A stretch of DNA of 64,000 nucleotides. It comes from Octopus vulgaris. Its lineage: Eukaryota. The DNA lies in NCBI GenBank assembly GCA_951406725.2, contig OX597824.1, forward strand, positions 20,584,001-20,648,000, given 5' to 3'. The notes beneath the pieces are model-generated. The model was given only the letters and a program-made list of their open reading frames with translations, searched no databases and was not told the origin of the DNA. Of this stretch, positions 40,126-54,343 are shown one piece after another. The position numbers and the translations under genes were made by a program. Within the stretch, counting starts at the first letter, position 1; the number at the start of each line of letters is the position of its first letter.

Positions 40126-40526
40126 TTCTTTTCTACTCTAGGCACAAGGCCCAACATTTTTGGGAAGTGGGGGGCAGTCGATTAGATCGACCCCAGTATA
40201 CAACTGGTACTTAATTTATCGACCCCGAAAGGATCAATGGCAAAATGGACGTCGGCGGAATTTGAACTCAGAACGTAAAGACACACGAAATAATTATTTC
40301 TTTATTACCCACAAGGGGCTAAACACAGAAAGGACACACAAGGACAGACTAACGGATTAAGTCGATTACATCGACTCCAGTGCGTAACTGGTACTTTATT
40401 TATCGACCCCGAAAGGATGAAAGGCAAAGTCGACCTCGAGGAAATTTGAACTCAGAACGTAAAGACAGACGAAATATCGCTAAGCATTTCGCCCAGCGTG
40501 CTAATGTTTCTGCAAGCTCGCCGCCT
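40126..40526 (-). mobile_element. SINE family A, two modules
   Basis: 14-bp TSD ttgttgaatgaata (40112, 40527). Confidence 0.9.
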
Positions 40527-40832
40527 TTGTTGAATGAATACTGGCTAACATAACCTAAGACATTCCATATTTGATGGCATCAAAGGCGCACGGCTATAGC
40601 AGATTCACCCCAATTTCAGTGCATATGCAAGAAAAATAGGGGGGGGGCGTATTAAAGCATGTAATATAGGTCCAAGTTTGCATTTAGGAATCGGTGTAAT
40701 TTTTGAGACATTTATGGGGGGAAAAAAAGTGCGTTTTACATTGCATCAAATTCGTTAAGTGTCAAGGCCGAATAGCAATTCATGGAGCCTTTGAAATTTT
40801 AAACAAACATTAGTATCTTTTTATTAACAATA

Positions 40833-41123
40833 GCGTAGCCAAATGATTTAGAAGTTTGCTTACTAATTATGAGGTCAAGATTTCGATCCCACTGCGTGGT
40901 ATATCTGGCAAGTTTCATTTACTGTATCCTCAGATCGGTTCGAATTTTGATTTGTGAAATTAGGTAGACGGAAACGGTGTCCACACTCATTCTACCGAAA
41001 GATTATACGCTTAAGGGTACACTTGTCCGAGGAATAATCTGTCACTGGCACACAAATTCAATGAGAATGTAATTCAGCTGATCGAACAACTGAGTACGCA
41101 TCGCTAAAACCGACAGAGATCCA
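40833..41123 (+). mobile_element. Old chimeric SINE: family B head and central domain with family C tail a
   Basis: cccactgcgtgg...ggtagacggaaac followed by ttaagggtacac...aaccgacagag. Confidence 0.6.
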
Positions 41124-41137
41124 TTCTTATATATAAA

Positions 41138-41505
41138 CTAGCGGCAGTATCGCCCGGCGTTGCTCGGGTTTGTTTCGACCCTTTAGAATTGAAATTTTTG
41201 AAGAGTAAAAGTTTTGCATAATGTCTCTTTAAGTGAACATTTTTCTGGTTGAAATACACCGAAAAATGGCGACACAGCAGTCAAAAATCGTAAAAAATAG
41301 GGATTTGCATAGAAAAAAATGGACCTTTTTGATGTCAATAATTTTTGTGTTAACATGGTCCGATTTGAATTTTTCTTCTGCAAGCCTTCTTCTATCATAC
41401 TCTCAATTTTGGTCAACTTGCACCGCAGGGTCTCGGAGGAGATAGTCTTAGTTGAAGGCTGCCAAACCTGCCATACACAGACAACTTCAGCTTTATATAT
41501 AGAGA
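41138..41505 (-). mobile_element. Non-autonomous Helitron, family H2
   Basis: Same 3' end as H1 (cccgagcaacgccgggcgatactg..ctag) but a different body; matches 56305-56697. Confidence 0.85.
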
Positions 41506-41569
41506 TTTCAAATTAATCTTCTTAATATATATGTGTACGTACGTGTGTGTGTATATCTATATTCATATA

Positions 41570-41665
<96 letters not shown>

Positions 41666-42096
41666 AATCTTATAATAAATATAGACTCTATATATATAAG
41701 TCATTGATTATTCCCCTTAGCAAGCATACTATTATCATATTAACGATTTCTCAACATTGCCACAAGGTCGCACATTTCTAGGTGGGCGGTTGGGGAGAGA
41801 CATAGTCGATATACTTCGGCATATTTTTGGCAAGATGTTTCATCGACCTCGCAAGGGAGGAAAATATAAAAGGCGTTCTCAGCCAGAGTCAAGTCTGGAA
41901 ATATAGAGACACATAGACTAAATACAAGAAGACTGTCCGATGTATTCGCTGCCGCTTATGTCATTGAATACAAGGTTTACTAACAATTAGGCCTTGGGCT
42001 ACAACTAGTCCTCTTTCAGAAGCGATCCCCGACCTTTTTTTTGCACCATGGAGCGGGGTATTACGCGCATAAAAAAAACAATGGATCTTTTCAATT

Positions 42097-43080
42097 GTGT
42101 GGCCAGGTGCCCAGATCTTTCTACTTAACTAAATAATTTGAAACTTCGTATGCTGGTACAGTGTTTCAAAACAAGACACAGATGGAACTAGTTTATTTGA
42201 GAAAAATCTATTTTATGACTTTAATCGTAGATTAAAACTGCGAATTTTAACCAATGAGATTGCTTGTTTTCATATTTAATACGTTACTGCATTCTGTTAG
42301 TGTGACGTAGAAAGCAGTTTTGTGACATACACCGAGTAAAAAATTTCATCGTTATTGTTTTATTATTGTTATGTTACTGAAGATGGGAAATTTCCGAAGT
42401 CTCTCCCCCACCCCTCTTTCGCGAGCGCGCATTTTTTTCATGATAGTCGTTTAGAGCAAGTTGTTTTACACCTATTACGCTGTTTTTGTTTTTGTTTTTG
42501 TGCCCGGTTCAGACGCTTTCGGAAATTCCCGATATAAATTTTCCGAGGCCTCTCCCCCACCCCTCTTTCGCGAGAGCGCATTTTTTTTTTGTCATATTCG
42601 TTTAGAGCAAGTTGTTTTACACATATTACACTATTTTTTTTTGTTTTGGTTCCCGGGTCAGCCCCTCAGACGCTTTCGGAACTTCCCGATGTGGAATTTT
42701 CCGAGGCCTCTCCCCACCCCCTTTCGCGTGCGCGAATTTTTTTTTTCATATTCGTTCATAGGAAGTTGTTTTACACCTATTACACACATTTTTTTTTTGA
42801 TTTTCTGATATGCGTAACGCTTTATATTAACCCATTTGTTTACATACCATATGTTTACTACGTCACCAAATTGGTGGTCGAGACGGAGTAAATAATATGA
42901 AGCCGAAAGACGGAATACCATTGGTTAAAATTCTAATTATTAAACAATGTTAAACTTAGAAGTTACAATTCCGTTTTCATTCTGGTTTACAATTAAGTTT
43001 ACTTTTGACACATTCTACCAGTATACGAAGTTTCAAATTGTTTGGTTCAGTAGGAAAAATTTGGAAAAACTGGCTTCACA
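42097..43080. mobile_element. TIR element with long imperfect inverted ends and three internal ~150-bp tandem units
   Basis: aatttgaaacttcgtat.ctggta (~42135) pairs with its reverse complement at ~43015-43040; gaattttaaccaatg/cattggttaaaattc; tandem units at ~42387, ~42536 and ~42693. Confidence 0.7.
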
Positions 43081-43255
43081 AATGAAAAGATCCAAAACAA
43101 TTGTGCATAATATATAATTTAATTATTACATATATAATGCAATTGTAATTATTAGATTGCATATTATGCACTTTATTTCTTCTATCATTACATTGTAATA
43201 TATATATATATATACATATATATGTATGTATGTATGTATGATATGTATATATATG

Positions 43256-43287
<32 letters not shown>

Positions 43288-43306
43288 TATATATACATAC
43301 ATATAC

Positions 43307-43337
<31 letters not shown>

Positions 43338-43461
43338 CATACATATACATATATATATATATACATACATATATATATATATACACATATATATGCATAT
43401 ATATATATATATGTATGCGTATGTATGTATATATGTATATATATTTAATATGTATGCGTAA

Positions 43462-43513
<52 letters not shown>

Positions 43514-44412
43514 GTGTGTGTGTGTGTGTGTGTATTCATACAAGTATGTATGTATATCACTCCGGCATTCGGGCTGCTCTGGCCTTGCCCGAGTATACAT
43601 TTATGAAAGTGAACGCGCAAGCCGATGTAATTTCTGCCAACGCTGGCTTCAGGTATGTAATTGCAGCCAATAACTCGAGCTCCTTTTATTGAGCTTGTTC
43701 GTAGTTCATTTATTTTCGTTCAGCGTCTGGCAGTCGTCTTAGAGGTGCCCTGGTGTCAAAAAAATATCATTCGTGGCAGACGTTCTCTTGACGTCGTTCA
43801 CACACGCGCCTGACTCGGGCTCAGGAGTTACAACCCGAGTTGTTATCTATAATCGTAAAAATTAAGAGTAATTCAAATTCGATATTTTCTTGAAACATTA
43901 AATTTCTATAGAGATTAGGGTTTAAATTCCAATCTATGAAAAGTTTCCGTTCTACAACATTCTTAGAAGAGTGAAAAGTTATCCAGCAACTTGGGCTAAT
44001 ACGAATGAGCTTGGTAGGTGTAAAAGACAAACTGGCATCTCTCGTCAAGTGTACAAGCGACAGTCAGATCGCTGATGTTTGTTGTGCACTCCGCTGTCGT
44101 TATTTGATTGCTGTTATTCTGTGAGCCTGTGTGTAAAGATCAGTTGTGTTTTGCAGGGTTGCTTTATTTTTTATCCTTAACTTAGAAATGGAGAAAGACA
44201 TAGAGCTAGATATAGAAAAAATAAACCATTTGGGGCTAGAAATAAGGCGGGAAAACGTGAAACTCTTCAATAAAATAAGTACTAGTTAAGCACGGAGGTC
44301 GATGTAATAGACTGGCCCCCTCCCCAAAAATGTCGGGCCTTGTGCCTAGAGTAGAAAAGAATAGACTGGCCCCTCTCACCCGAAATTGCTGGCCTTGTGT
44401 CAAAATCTGAAC

Positions 44413-44462
<50 letters not shown>

Positions 44463-44466
<4 letters not shown>

Positions 44467-44569
44467 CCACTGCGTGGGACCTTGGGCAAGTGTCTTCTGC
44501 TATAGCCCCGGGCCGACCAATGCCTTGTGAGTGGATTTGGTAGACGGAAACTGAAAGAAGCCCGTCTTA

Positions 44570-44614
<45 letters not shown>

Positions 44615-44826
44615 TTGTGTGTCTGTGTTTGTCCCCCTAGCATTGCTTGTCAACCGATGCTGGTGTGTTTATGTCCCCGTTAATTAGCGGTTCGGCAAAA
44701 GAGACAGATAGAATAAGTACTGGGCTTACAAAAAGAATAAGTCCCGGGGTCGAGTTGCTCGATTAAAGGCGGTGCTCCAGCATGGCCGCAGTCAAATGAC
44801 TGAAACAAGTAAAAGAGTAAAAGAGA
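44463..44826 (+). mobile_element. SINE family B, 5'-clipped
   Basis: Consensus match. Confidence 0.9.
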
Positions 44827-44862
<36 letters not shown>

Positions 44863-45799
44863 GCGAACGCGCGCGCACACACACGCACACATATACACAC
44901 AATACATCTAAGGCAGCGAGTTGAGCATTGGGGGTTTATGAAATCGACTCACATTCCCCCCCCCCCACCGAAACTGCAGGCCTTGTGCCAAAATTTGAAA
45001 CCAATGTATCTAGAACGCAGCTCACCACGATGCAGAATCAGCGGGTCTTTCTCACTTTTGATTTTAATTTATTTTTACTAGGTTCAGTGAAGCATGACAA
45101 AATTCTCACCCAAAGCAAACTGTAACGTATCGAGAAGAGAATCAATTTTCTACGAAATATTACGCAATAAATTACTAACAAGTAAATACCTGAAAACATG
45201 AGATTTTCCTAAAATGTTTTTTAAAAAAAAGGAATTTAACAATCTTATTATCGTTACAGTTAGCTTGTGGGCTTAATTTATCGGTGTTTGAAAAATATAT
45301 GTTATTTAGAAGGGTTCAGGAAACGGAAACAGACAAAAGTGGTGATTTTTCAAAATAAAACACTTCTAAGATCGCGAATAAAATGGAAAGAACATTTTTA
45401 AAATTTATTCTTTCGGTGCGGCCCAGTACTGCTCAGGTAGTTGGGGTCACCCCTCGTCCACACCACCGTTCCTTATTTCCTTACACCTCACTTACTTAGA
45501 GGCCTATATGACTCTATGAATATTCTACATAATTCCATGACTATTCTCTTATTTAGTCGTTTTACAAAGGCGGCGAGCTGGCAGAATGCTTAGCGGTAGT
45601 TCGTCTGCCGCTACGTGTGTACACACACACACATATAATGCAGTTTTGGTCTACCAAATCCACTCACAAGGCTTTGGTCGGCCAAGAGCTATAGTTGGAA
45701 ACACTTGCTCAGGGTGTCATGTGGTGGGACCGAACTCGGAAGAATGTGGTTGGGAAGCAAACGTCTTATCGCATAGCCACAACTATCTGTGTGTGTATG

Positions 45800-45907
<108 letters not shown>

Positions 45908-46801
45908 CTGACTAAAATAGAATGCATTTGTCCAAGATGCTGCGCAGTAGGAGAGAACCTAGGACCACGAAGTGCCGAAACGAATTCTTAACCATACATT
46001 TATTTTTCTTTTTAAATAAATAAATAAATAAATAAGGAGCCTGACCCGCTAGAAATAGAAAGCATATTTCTCATACGACACCTTACCGGGCAGGAAGGAC
46101 AAGTTACATTGCATAGACACAGCATTAAAAAAGACGCTCTTTAACGAAGCTCCACTCCGTATCCGAAGAGATGTCGTAGTGTACAAGAGTCTGATAATCG
46201 TTTCCCATTCATATTTCCTCTCTTCTACAAACCAAAAAACCTGCTTTAGCTTTCTTCCCAAACCATGAAGATGTATTTAATCGACTTCTATTAATCCATT
46301 AATAGTGCAACATTCTCTTTAGTCGCCAGCCTTCTCGATAATAGCCAGAGGAATGCAAGCTATACAATCAGACAAAAAAATAAAGAACAATAACAATAAA
46401 AATAATAATAATAATAAACGCATAAACAAAGAACATTTTAACGCAATGTAAGGATAATAGCTCGCTTAATCCTTATTGTAATATCATATAATCCACCCTG
46501 AAACTATCCTGAATATCCCTTTATTTCTCAAGTGTTTCTATACTTAAGCACCATACAAGCCTTTTTCCCCCCTTGACAACCCGTTACTTCCACATGCTTT
46601 CTTCTGGTTAAACAGTTTAAAAGATTAAGTATGACTACCTGGTTAAGAATTTCGTATGGCGACCACGTGGTTCCAGGTTTGATTCCATCGTGCGGCCCAC
46701 CTTGGGCGAGTGGGGTTTTTTTTTCTGCAATAGTGTTGGATCGATCATTACCTTGTGAACCGAATTTGGTAGACGGAAACTATGCACAAGACGGTCATGT
46801 A

Positions 46802-46996
46802 TAGTAGGACGCGCGCATGGAGTGGGTGATGTACACGAAGAATGTTTGACTAAGGAATAGGGAGTGGTTGGAGATCACGCGGTCGTTAGCCTCAAATCGC
46901 CAGGCCCTGCTCGGCGTTTGTGAGAGATGCAGCATTGAGAATTGATGAAGCCAGCTCAACCCACTCCGGGTGAATGCTGTCTCAAGACAAGACAAG
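46802..46996 (+). mobile_element. RTE-clade LINE 3' end nested in an old SINE family B copy (46630-47205)
   Basis: WLEITRSLASNRQA(frameshift).SAFVRDAALRIDEASSTHSG* followed by a (caaga)n tail, resembling RTE termini of the ...GDAGSTRPG* type. Confidence 0.7.
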
Positions 46997-47218
46997 AAAT
47001 GGAGGGGTGGGTGTGAAGATCTGAAGACCGGGGATAATGCTTATGACTTGTCCTTTTCATGTCCAGTAAATTAACGGTTCGGTAAATAGAGATCGGTAAA
47101 ATATGTACATGGGTCGATATTGGCGACTAAAACTCATGAAGGCAATGTCCGAGCATGGCCGCAGTCAAATGATTAAAACCTGTAAAAGAACGAAAGTTTA
47201 AAAGAATTCTGCCACTTA

Positions 47219-47389
47219 TAGGCGTAGGAGTGGCTGTGTGGTAAGTAGCTTGCTTACCAACCACATGGTTCCGGGTTCAGTCCCACTGCGTGGCACCTTG
47301 GACAAGTGTCTTCTACTATGACCTCGGGCCGACCAAGGCCTTGTGAATAGATTTGGTAGACGGAAACTGAAAGAAGACCGTCGTATACA

Positions 47390-47481
<92 letters not shown>

Positions 47482-47679
47482 TGTTTGTCCCCCAACATCG
47501 CTTGACAACCGATGCTGGTGTGTTTACGTCCCTGTAACTTAGCGGTTCGGCAAAACAGACCGATAGAATAAGTGCTAGGCTTACAAAGAATAAGTCCTGG
47601 GGTCGATTTGTTCGACTAAAGGCGGTGCTCCAGCATGGCCACAGTCAAATGACTGAAACAAGTAAAAGAGTAAAAGAGT
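47219..47679 (+). mobile_element. SINE family B, full length
   Basis: Closest to the apparent consensus. Confidence 0.92.
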
Positions 47680-48081
47680 ATATGAGTTATATGAAGAGAC
47701 TGCTACGCAATTTTTCAACCTTCTAAGAATAGCAGCTAAATCTTGCGCGCGCGTGTGTGTACGTATGTGCATGTGTATGTATTTTCTCTATGTCCTTGTG
47801 TCTTCGCTTCACTCCTACTATAACACATAACACCATTGTTCAGTTAGATACGTACAAAAACCCGGGAAGCAGATCGATAAGATCTTTCAACCTGCCTTAA
47901 GTGGTCTGCTAAGAACCAACAATAACAGTTATTTAGTAGCCTTAAACAAGTTTCTTAGTTCTTCTGAACTCCATTCAGTTATTTCATCTTCAAAAAATTA
48001 CTCAATGGAGTTAAAAGCAACAATCGATAAATACAAACTGATTACGAGATGTTAGTGTCGTTATACTGTTAAGTAAAAATG

Positions 48082-48670
48082 TGGTGAGCTGACAGAATCT
48101 TTAGCACGATGGTCGAAATGCTTAGTGACGTCTCTTGAGCTCTTACGTTCTGAGTTCAAATTCCGCCGAGGTCGACTTTAGCCTTTTATCCTTTCGGGGT
48201 CGATGAAATAAGAACCAGTTGCGTACTGGGGTCGATGTAATCGACTAGCCTCTTCCCCCAGAATTTCAAGCCTTGTACCTATAATAAGAAAGAATTACAC
48301 TGCTAAGTAAAAAGGCGACAAGCTTGTAGAATCATTAGAGCACCAGAAGAAATGCTTTGCGGTATTTCGTCTGTCGCTACGTTCTGAGTTCGAATCCCGC
48401 CGAGGTCGACTTTGCCTTTCATCCCTCCGGGGTCGATTAAATAAGTACCAGTTACGCACTGGGGTCAATATAATCGACTTAATCCGTTTGCCTCTCCTTA
48501 TTTGTCCTCTCTGTGTTTAGCCCCTTGTGGGTAGTAAAGAAATAGGTATCTCTTCAAACTCTTTACGTTCTGAGTTCCGAGGTCAGCTTTGATTTTCATC
48601 CTTCTGGGGTTGATATCACTGACTTATGCCTCTCCTCAAAATTGCTGGCCTTGTGCCTAAATCAGAAACT
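48082..48670 (+). mobile_element. Two adjacent SINE family A copies
   Basis: Heads at ~48082 and ~48314, with repeated ctg(t/c)taagtaaaaa flanks. Confidence 0.85.
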
Positions 48671-49684
48671 ATTACAGTATTAATTATTCTGGCGATTTCC
48701 TTTGTCTGCCAACAAGCGGGTACCACCGCCTGGGTCGTCAATAAGGAAGCCCAGGATTAGTCGCTCAACTTGCTTAAGATACTACCCATATCTTCCAGTT
48801 TTCTCTTCTCTCTTTTATCAAGACAATTCACGTTAGAAAATAATGTTGTCGAATCTGAAAACTGACAGGGTGGTCATAATCGGAACACCTTTGATCTGCT
48901 CGATCAGAGCCACCATGGTCCAAACAATCACAGCAACAAAAGTGCGAACGGGTAATTTTTTCTACGGAATTTTATTTTTTCTTTTGAATTTTCTTAGCGA
49001 AATTCCTTTCAGAATAAGAATTCCATTACATGACTATTGCTAAAAATGGTCCTCATTAAAATGGAAAATAGTTGAAGATGTATTTATTTATTCATTTATT
49101 TATTTATTGTTAATCTAGAATAGCCAACAAGTAAACATGTAGGATAGAGTCAGGTTTCGTCACAGAAAGATCTTGTAGAGAAAGTGTATTCAAGTTTTTA
49201 CTCCGTGAGAAATTCTATACGTGTTCCTTTTTCATTTTCATTTTTGTTCGTTTTCTTGTAAATAATAGATGCCGTGTGTACTTACAAAGAAGATTTGAAT
49301 TAGTTAAACACTTCTCAACTTCTTACATATAATGATGTTCTTGTTCGCAAAATTACACGCATTTAAAGTACATTTTATACACAAAGAAACGGAGAAGTAT
49401 TACACAAGCAAGCGTGTTTATTTTAAATTATTTCTTCAAAAAACATCAACCCCCCACCGCCACCAACACCCCGCCGCCGCCGCCGCCGCGGAAAAGAAAG
49501 GAGCCAGTTTCTAAAATTGGAAAATATACAGAAAGCTGGCTGTCATACTTTCACATCAGAAATAAAATCTCCATTTCTTCTTTTTTTCACATTCTGTGAT
49601 GTTCAAATGAAAAATCTAGTTTTAATCATAATTTTTAGATTTTCACTAAAGGCATTTGTCATTTTTTTTTCTCTTCTAGCAATT

Positions 49685-50000
49685 TATTTCCTACACAATG
49701 ACAAGCTTTCGTAGAACCACAAGCAAAAGATAGATGGGTTTTTTCGCCCCATAGTGAAAGCGGTTTTGCCATTGACATTAACAACGCTTTCGATAGTCTT
49801 TCGCACGAAAAACTCTACATAAAACTAGCCAATTCTCTTTGTATTCTGCCTTCTGCTTCTTGAGCAAGATGTTTCTTGTCATACACCCCATCGCAGCGTG
49901 AATCATCAGGGCTTTCAATGACCCCCACCCACCCATTTAATCTTTTTTGGTGCATTTCACAGTTCGGTTATGACAATCGCTTTCTTCTTTCTATATACTT
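49685..50000 (+). pseudogene. Highly decayed LINE reverse-transcriptase fragment (CR1/Jockey-like)
   Basis: AIDINNAFDSLSHEKLYIKL (49768-49827) resembles LDISKAFD.V.H..LL.KL; upstream GFFRP and downstream G...SVM...FFLY are in the expected order. Confidence 0.55.
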
Positions 50001-50339
50001 CTTAAAATCTTAGACTGAGCGGGGAAAAAAGCAAAGCCCATTAAATTTCCAGGATTTCTGGGGCTATGTAGGAATGAAAGAAGTTCTCATCAGGCTGACA
50101 AGCTGACTTGAATGGTTGCAATATGATGTACCCAAGAGTTGGGTATTGATGTTAAATTAGACAATGGAATAAACTACTACCCAAGATCAGAAATGGTTCC
50201 TCCCATGAGCTTCCATAATTTCCGCCATACGAATCAAATTTCACTCAAAAGAATTTAATAGATCCGAGGTTATAGAAAAAGGCTGGATGAACAACAAATG
50301 TACTTGCCATTACCTCAGATTACACACACACACACAGCT

Positions 50340-50375
<36 letters not shown>

Positions 50376-50406
50376 CTAAACACACACACACACACACAAC
50401 ACACAA

Positions 50407-50446
<40 letters not shown>

Positions 50447-50645
50447 CTACACATAATATCACACATTTGTCCGCCCGAATACGTGTGCCATTCACACGTA
50501 CCCCACTAGGCAGTAATTCCTCCTCTAGACATGAATAATTCCTGTGATTGAGAATTTTAAAAAATAGTCTCCAAGTCTCATTCAACAGTATCAAAAAACA
50601 GTCACTAAATAAACCCAAAAACTTTGTCTAAGATATGTTATATAC

Positions 50646-51030
50646 AGGAGCAGGAATGGCTGTGTGGTAAGTAGCTTGCTTACCAACCACACAGTTCCGG
50701 ATTCAGTCCTACTGCGTGACACCTTGGGCAAATGTCTTCTACTATAGCCTCTGGCCGACCAAAGCTTTGTGAATGGATTTGGTAGACAGAAACTGAAAGA
50801 AGCCTGTCGTATATATATGTTTGTGTGTCTGTGTTTGTTCCCCCCAGCATCATTTGACAACCGATGGTGGTGTGCTACGTCCCCGTAACTTAGCGGTTCA
50901 GCAAAAGAGACTGATAGAATAAGTACTACGCTTACAAAGAATAAGTCCTGGGGTCGATTTGTTAAGCTAAAGGCGGTGTTCTAGCATGGCCGCAGTCAAA
51001 TGACTGAAACAAATAAAAGAATAAAAGAAT
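50646..51030 (+). mobile_element. SINE family B
   Basis: Consensus match. Confidence 0.9.
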
Positions 51031-52201
51031 ATGATTAATTGCTAAAACCTACATACTTGACAAGTGCTTGTTCCCATAAGCTCTGATTACCTTTCACATC
51101 TTGTATGTGGCCCTACAACTATGATTTGAACAGGACCTCAGTCCTGATGGGTTTTTTCTGTGAGTTTCTCCTCAAAGACCAGAAAGAACTTCAACACTGA
51201 ACACCTGCATGCACTCAAAAAGACACAAATGTTATCGCAAAATAGTTTACTGTTTGCATATCTGAGACGCGGGTGTTGTTTCACACACAAGCACATTAAT
51301 TAATCAATTTAAGAAAACGGAAATGAACTTTAAACAAGACTTCACTAGCCAAAATTATAATTCCCACAACTTCGTTAACCAGCTACATATTAGTACAAAG
51401 GTCACGAACAATACAAAGCCAAGTCGAGGTAAAAAAAAAAACCCATAACAAACCCAGAGTTGGTATTTGTTTGACGCTCAGGAAATGGGGGAAAAAATAT
51501 AATGAAATGTCTTTAACATTTCGTGTATTCACTCTTCTTCTGAAAGTCAGGATGGACATGAAGAGAATAGAACCGATGAAGAATATTGGAGAAATTGAAA
51601 CGCACGTGCGTTCAACCGCCATTGCATGGGGAATGACCATAATAACAGAGAAGTCGCTTTAGGTGCGTCGAGCAAGGTGAACACTGTGTATATAGCATTG
51701 ATGTGCTTCGAGATTCAATTCCAAAACAAAGGATTGTGCATGTGTGTATAAGTGCGTGCGTATGTGCGTGTGTTTGTTTACCTAACAACAGGTGTTGGTT
51801 TGTTTACGTCCTTGTAACTTAGCGGTTCGACAAAAGTGACCGGTTGAATAAGTACCAAACTGCATTGGACTGCAGTCCAATGACCGAAAGAAGTAAAAGA
51901 CTAAGAATTTACTTAAGTCTACAATAGTTTCTGAGATCAAATCCTGCTGGAGGTCACCTATACAGTTAATCATTTTGGGCTCCCTAAAAATAAGCATCAG
52001 TTAAATAATCTGGAACCAAATGAACCACTTTATAGGCCTTCCTTAAAATTTGTGATTTTGTGTTTGTATTACAAACACTAAAAAAAAGTAAATATCTACA
52101 AAAACAAGCAGACTTTTCACAATTATTTTGCGTTCATAGTCTTTGCAATTGTAAGAACAATAAAAGAATCAATTACAGGCCACAGATGTTCAATGAAACT
52201 T

Positions 52202-52263
<62 letters not shown>

Positions 52264-52389
52264 CATATACATACATATGTACGTACACTCATGTTAGGAA
52301 GGCAATGATCACAAAAGAGGAAAACAACACGCGAGGGACAAGTCTTAACAAAATTTGTGTTAGTTTGAGGTTTAAAAAGAAAGGAAAGA

Positions 52390-52427
52390 GTTTTGACGTT
52401 TCGGACGTAGATCCTTCATCAGAAGAC
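52390..52427 (-). ncRNA. Minimal type I hammerhead in a PLE pLTR fragment (~52295-52740)
   Basis: gtctt CTGATGA A gga-tctacg-tcc GAAAC GTC aaaac. Confidence 0.7.
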
Positions 52428-53044
52428 AGAAAATGTGGCTGGAGGAAAAAGAACGAGTAAATTTGGGGCCAGGTAGTTTTGTAGGGGCGGTTGGAAGGTG
52501 AGAGGATACATACAGGTGTGTATCCGCGTATTGAGATATCATTAGGAGAATTGTGCATTTGTGAGATGTTTTGGGGAGTGTAGGTGTGTAAAAATAAGTG
52601 TGGAAGTGTAGTGGTGTGGGATTGTGGATTTACGAGAGGTTAGTGTATAATTGTGAGAGGAAGGCGAAGAAGTGAGAAGATGGCACGGGGAGCGGGTGTG
52701 AGGAGGAAAGGGGTAGCAACGTGGTGTTTATAATACAACATTGATGAAAAAACCGATCATGTTTTAAGAACACAGAAATCCCCAAGTACTTTTACTCTAT
52801 TCCTGCCATCATGTTCTCTCTTATTGTAGATCTCTATGATCACCTGATCGATACACATTTCATTTATTAACCAGGCGGACACTTCCAACTATACAGTCGC
52901 TTCTAAAGAAAAATATGCTGAAACATTCAAACATTTGTACTGTATCACCTGATAAATACAAATAACATCAACTCTGTATCTATAACACATTGATTATTTT
53001 CTTGAGTTACAGCCAACTCGACCCATGATCCATATAACGTATAA

Positions 53045-53627
<583 letters not shown>

Positions 53628-53636
53628 TATGCTTTG

Positions 53637-53880
53637 TGGAGCCGCGTGGCTTAGTGGTTAGGGTGTTGAACTCATGATTGTAAGCTTGTGGTTTCGATTC
53701 CTGGACCGGGCGACGCGTTGTGTTCTTGAACAAAACACTTCATTTCGCATTCCTCCAGTCCACTCAGCTGGCAAAAATGAGTAATCCTGCGACGGACCGG
53801 CGTCCCATCCAGGTGGGGAATTTCTACGCCACTGAAACCGGGAAACCGGTCCTTGTGAGCCTGGAATGGCTCGAGAACAT
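53637..53880 (+). mobile_element. CORE-like SINE with tail b
   Basis: tRNA head, then ttgaacaaaacactt...ccagtccactcagctggcaaaaatgagta (CORE-like), then cctgcgacggaccggcgtccc. Confidence 0.8.
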
Positions 53881-53899
53881 TCATTTTTTTAATATTATG

Positions 53900-54143
53900 C
53901 TTTACTGCTTTCAGTCATTAGACTGCGGCCAAGCCAGGACACGCGTTTTGAAGAATTTTAGCTGAATTTATTGACCCCACTACTTTTTTATTTCTAAGAC
54001 TTAGTACTTGTTCTATCGATCTCTTTTACAGAACCGCTAAGTTACGTGGATGTAAACACACCAACACCGATTGTCAGGTGGTGGTGGCGATGGTGGCGGA
54101 GGAGGACAAAAACATACACAAAGAAACACGCACACACTCACAA

Positions 54144-54180
<37 letters not shown>

Positions 54181-54343
54181 CGACGGGCTTCTTTCAGTTT
54201 CCGTCTACCAAATTCACCCACAAGGCTTAGGTTATCCCAACGCGATAGTAGAAAACATGCCCAAGGTGCCACGCAGTGGGAATGATCCCGGAACCATGTA
54301 GTTTAGATGCAAACCTTTTACCACACAACCACGCCTGCGCCTA
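53900..54343 (-). mobile_element. SINE family B (diverged)
   Basis: Reverse-complement match. Confidence 0.85.

Noticed and set aside
49450-49500. (CCG)n patch as a CpG-island promoter
   Set aside because: Too short, with no adjacent exon evidence.
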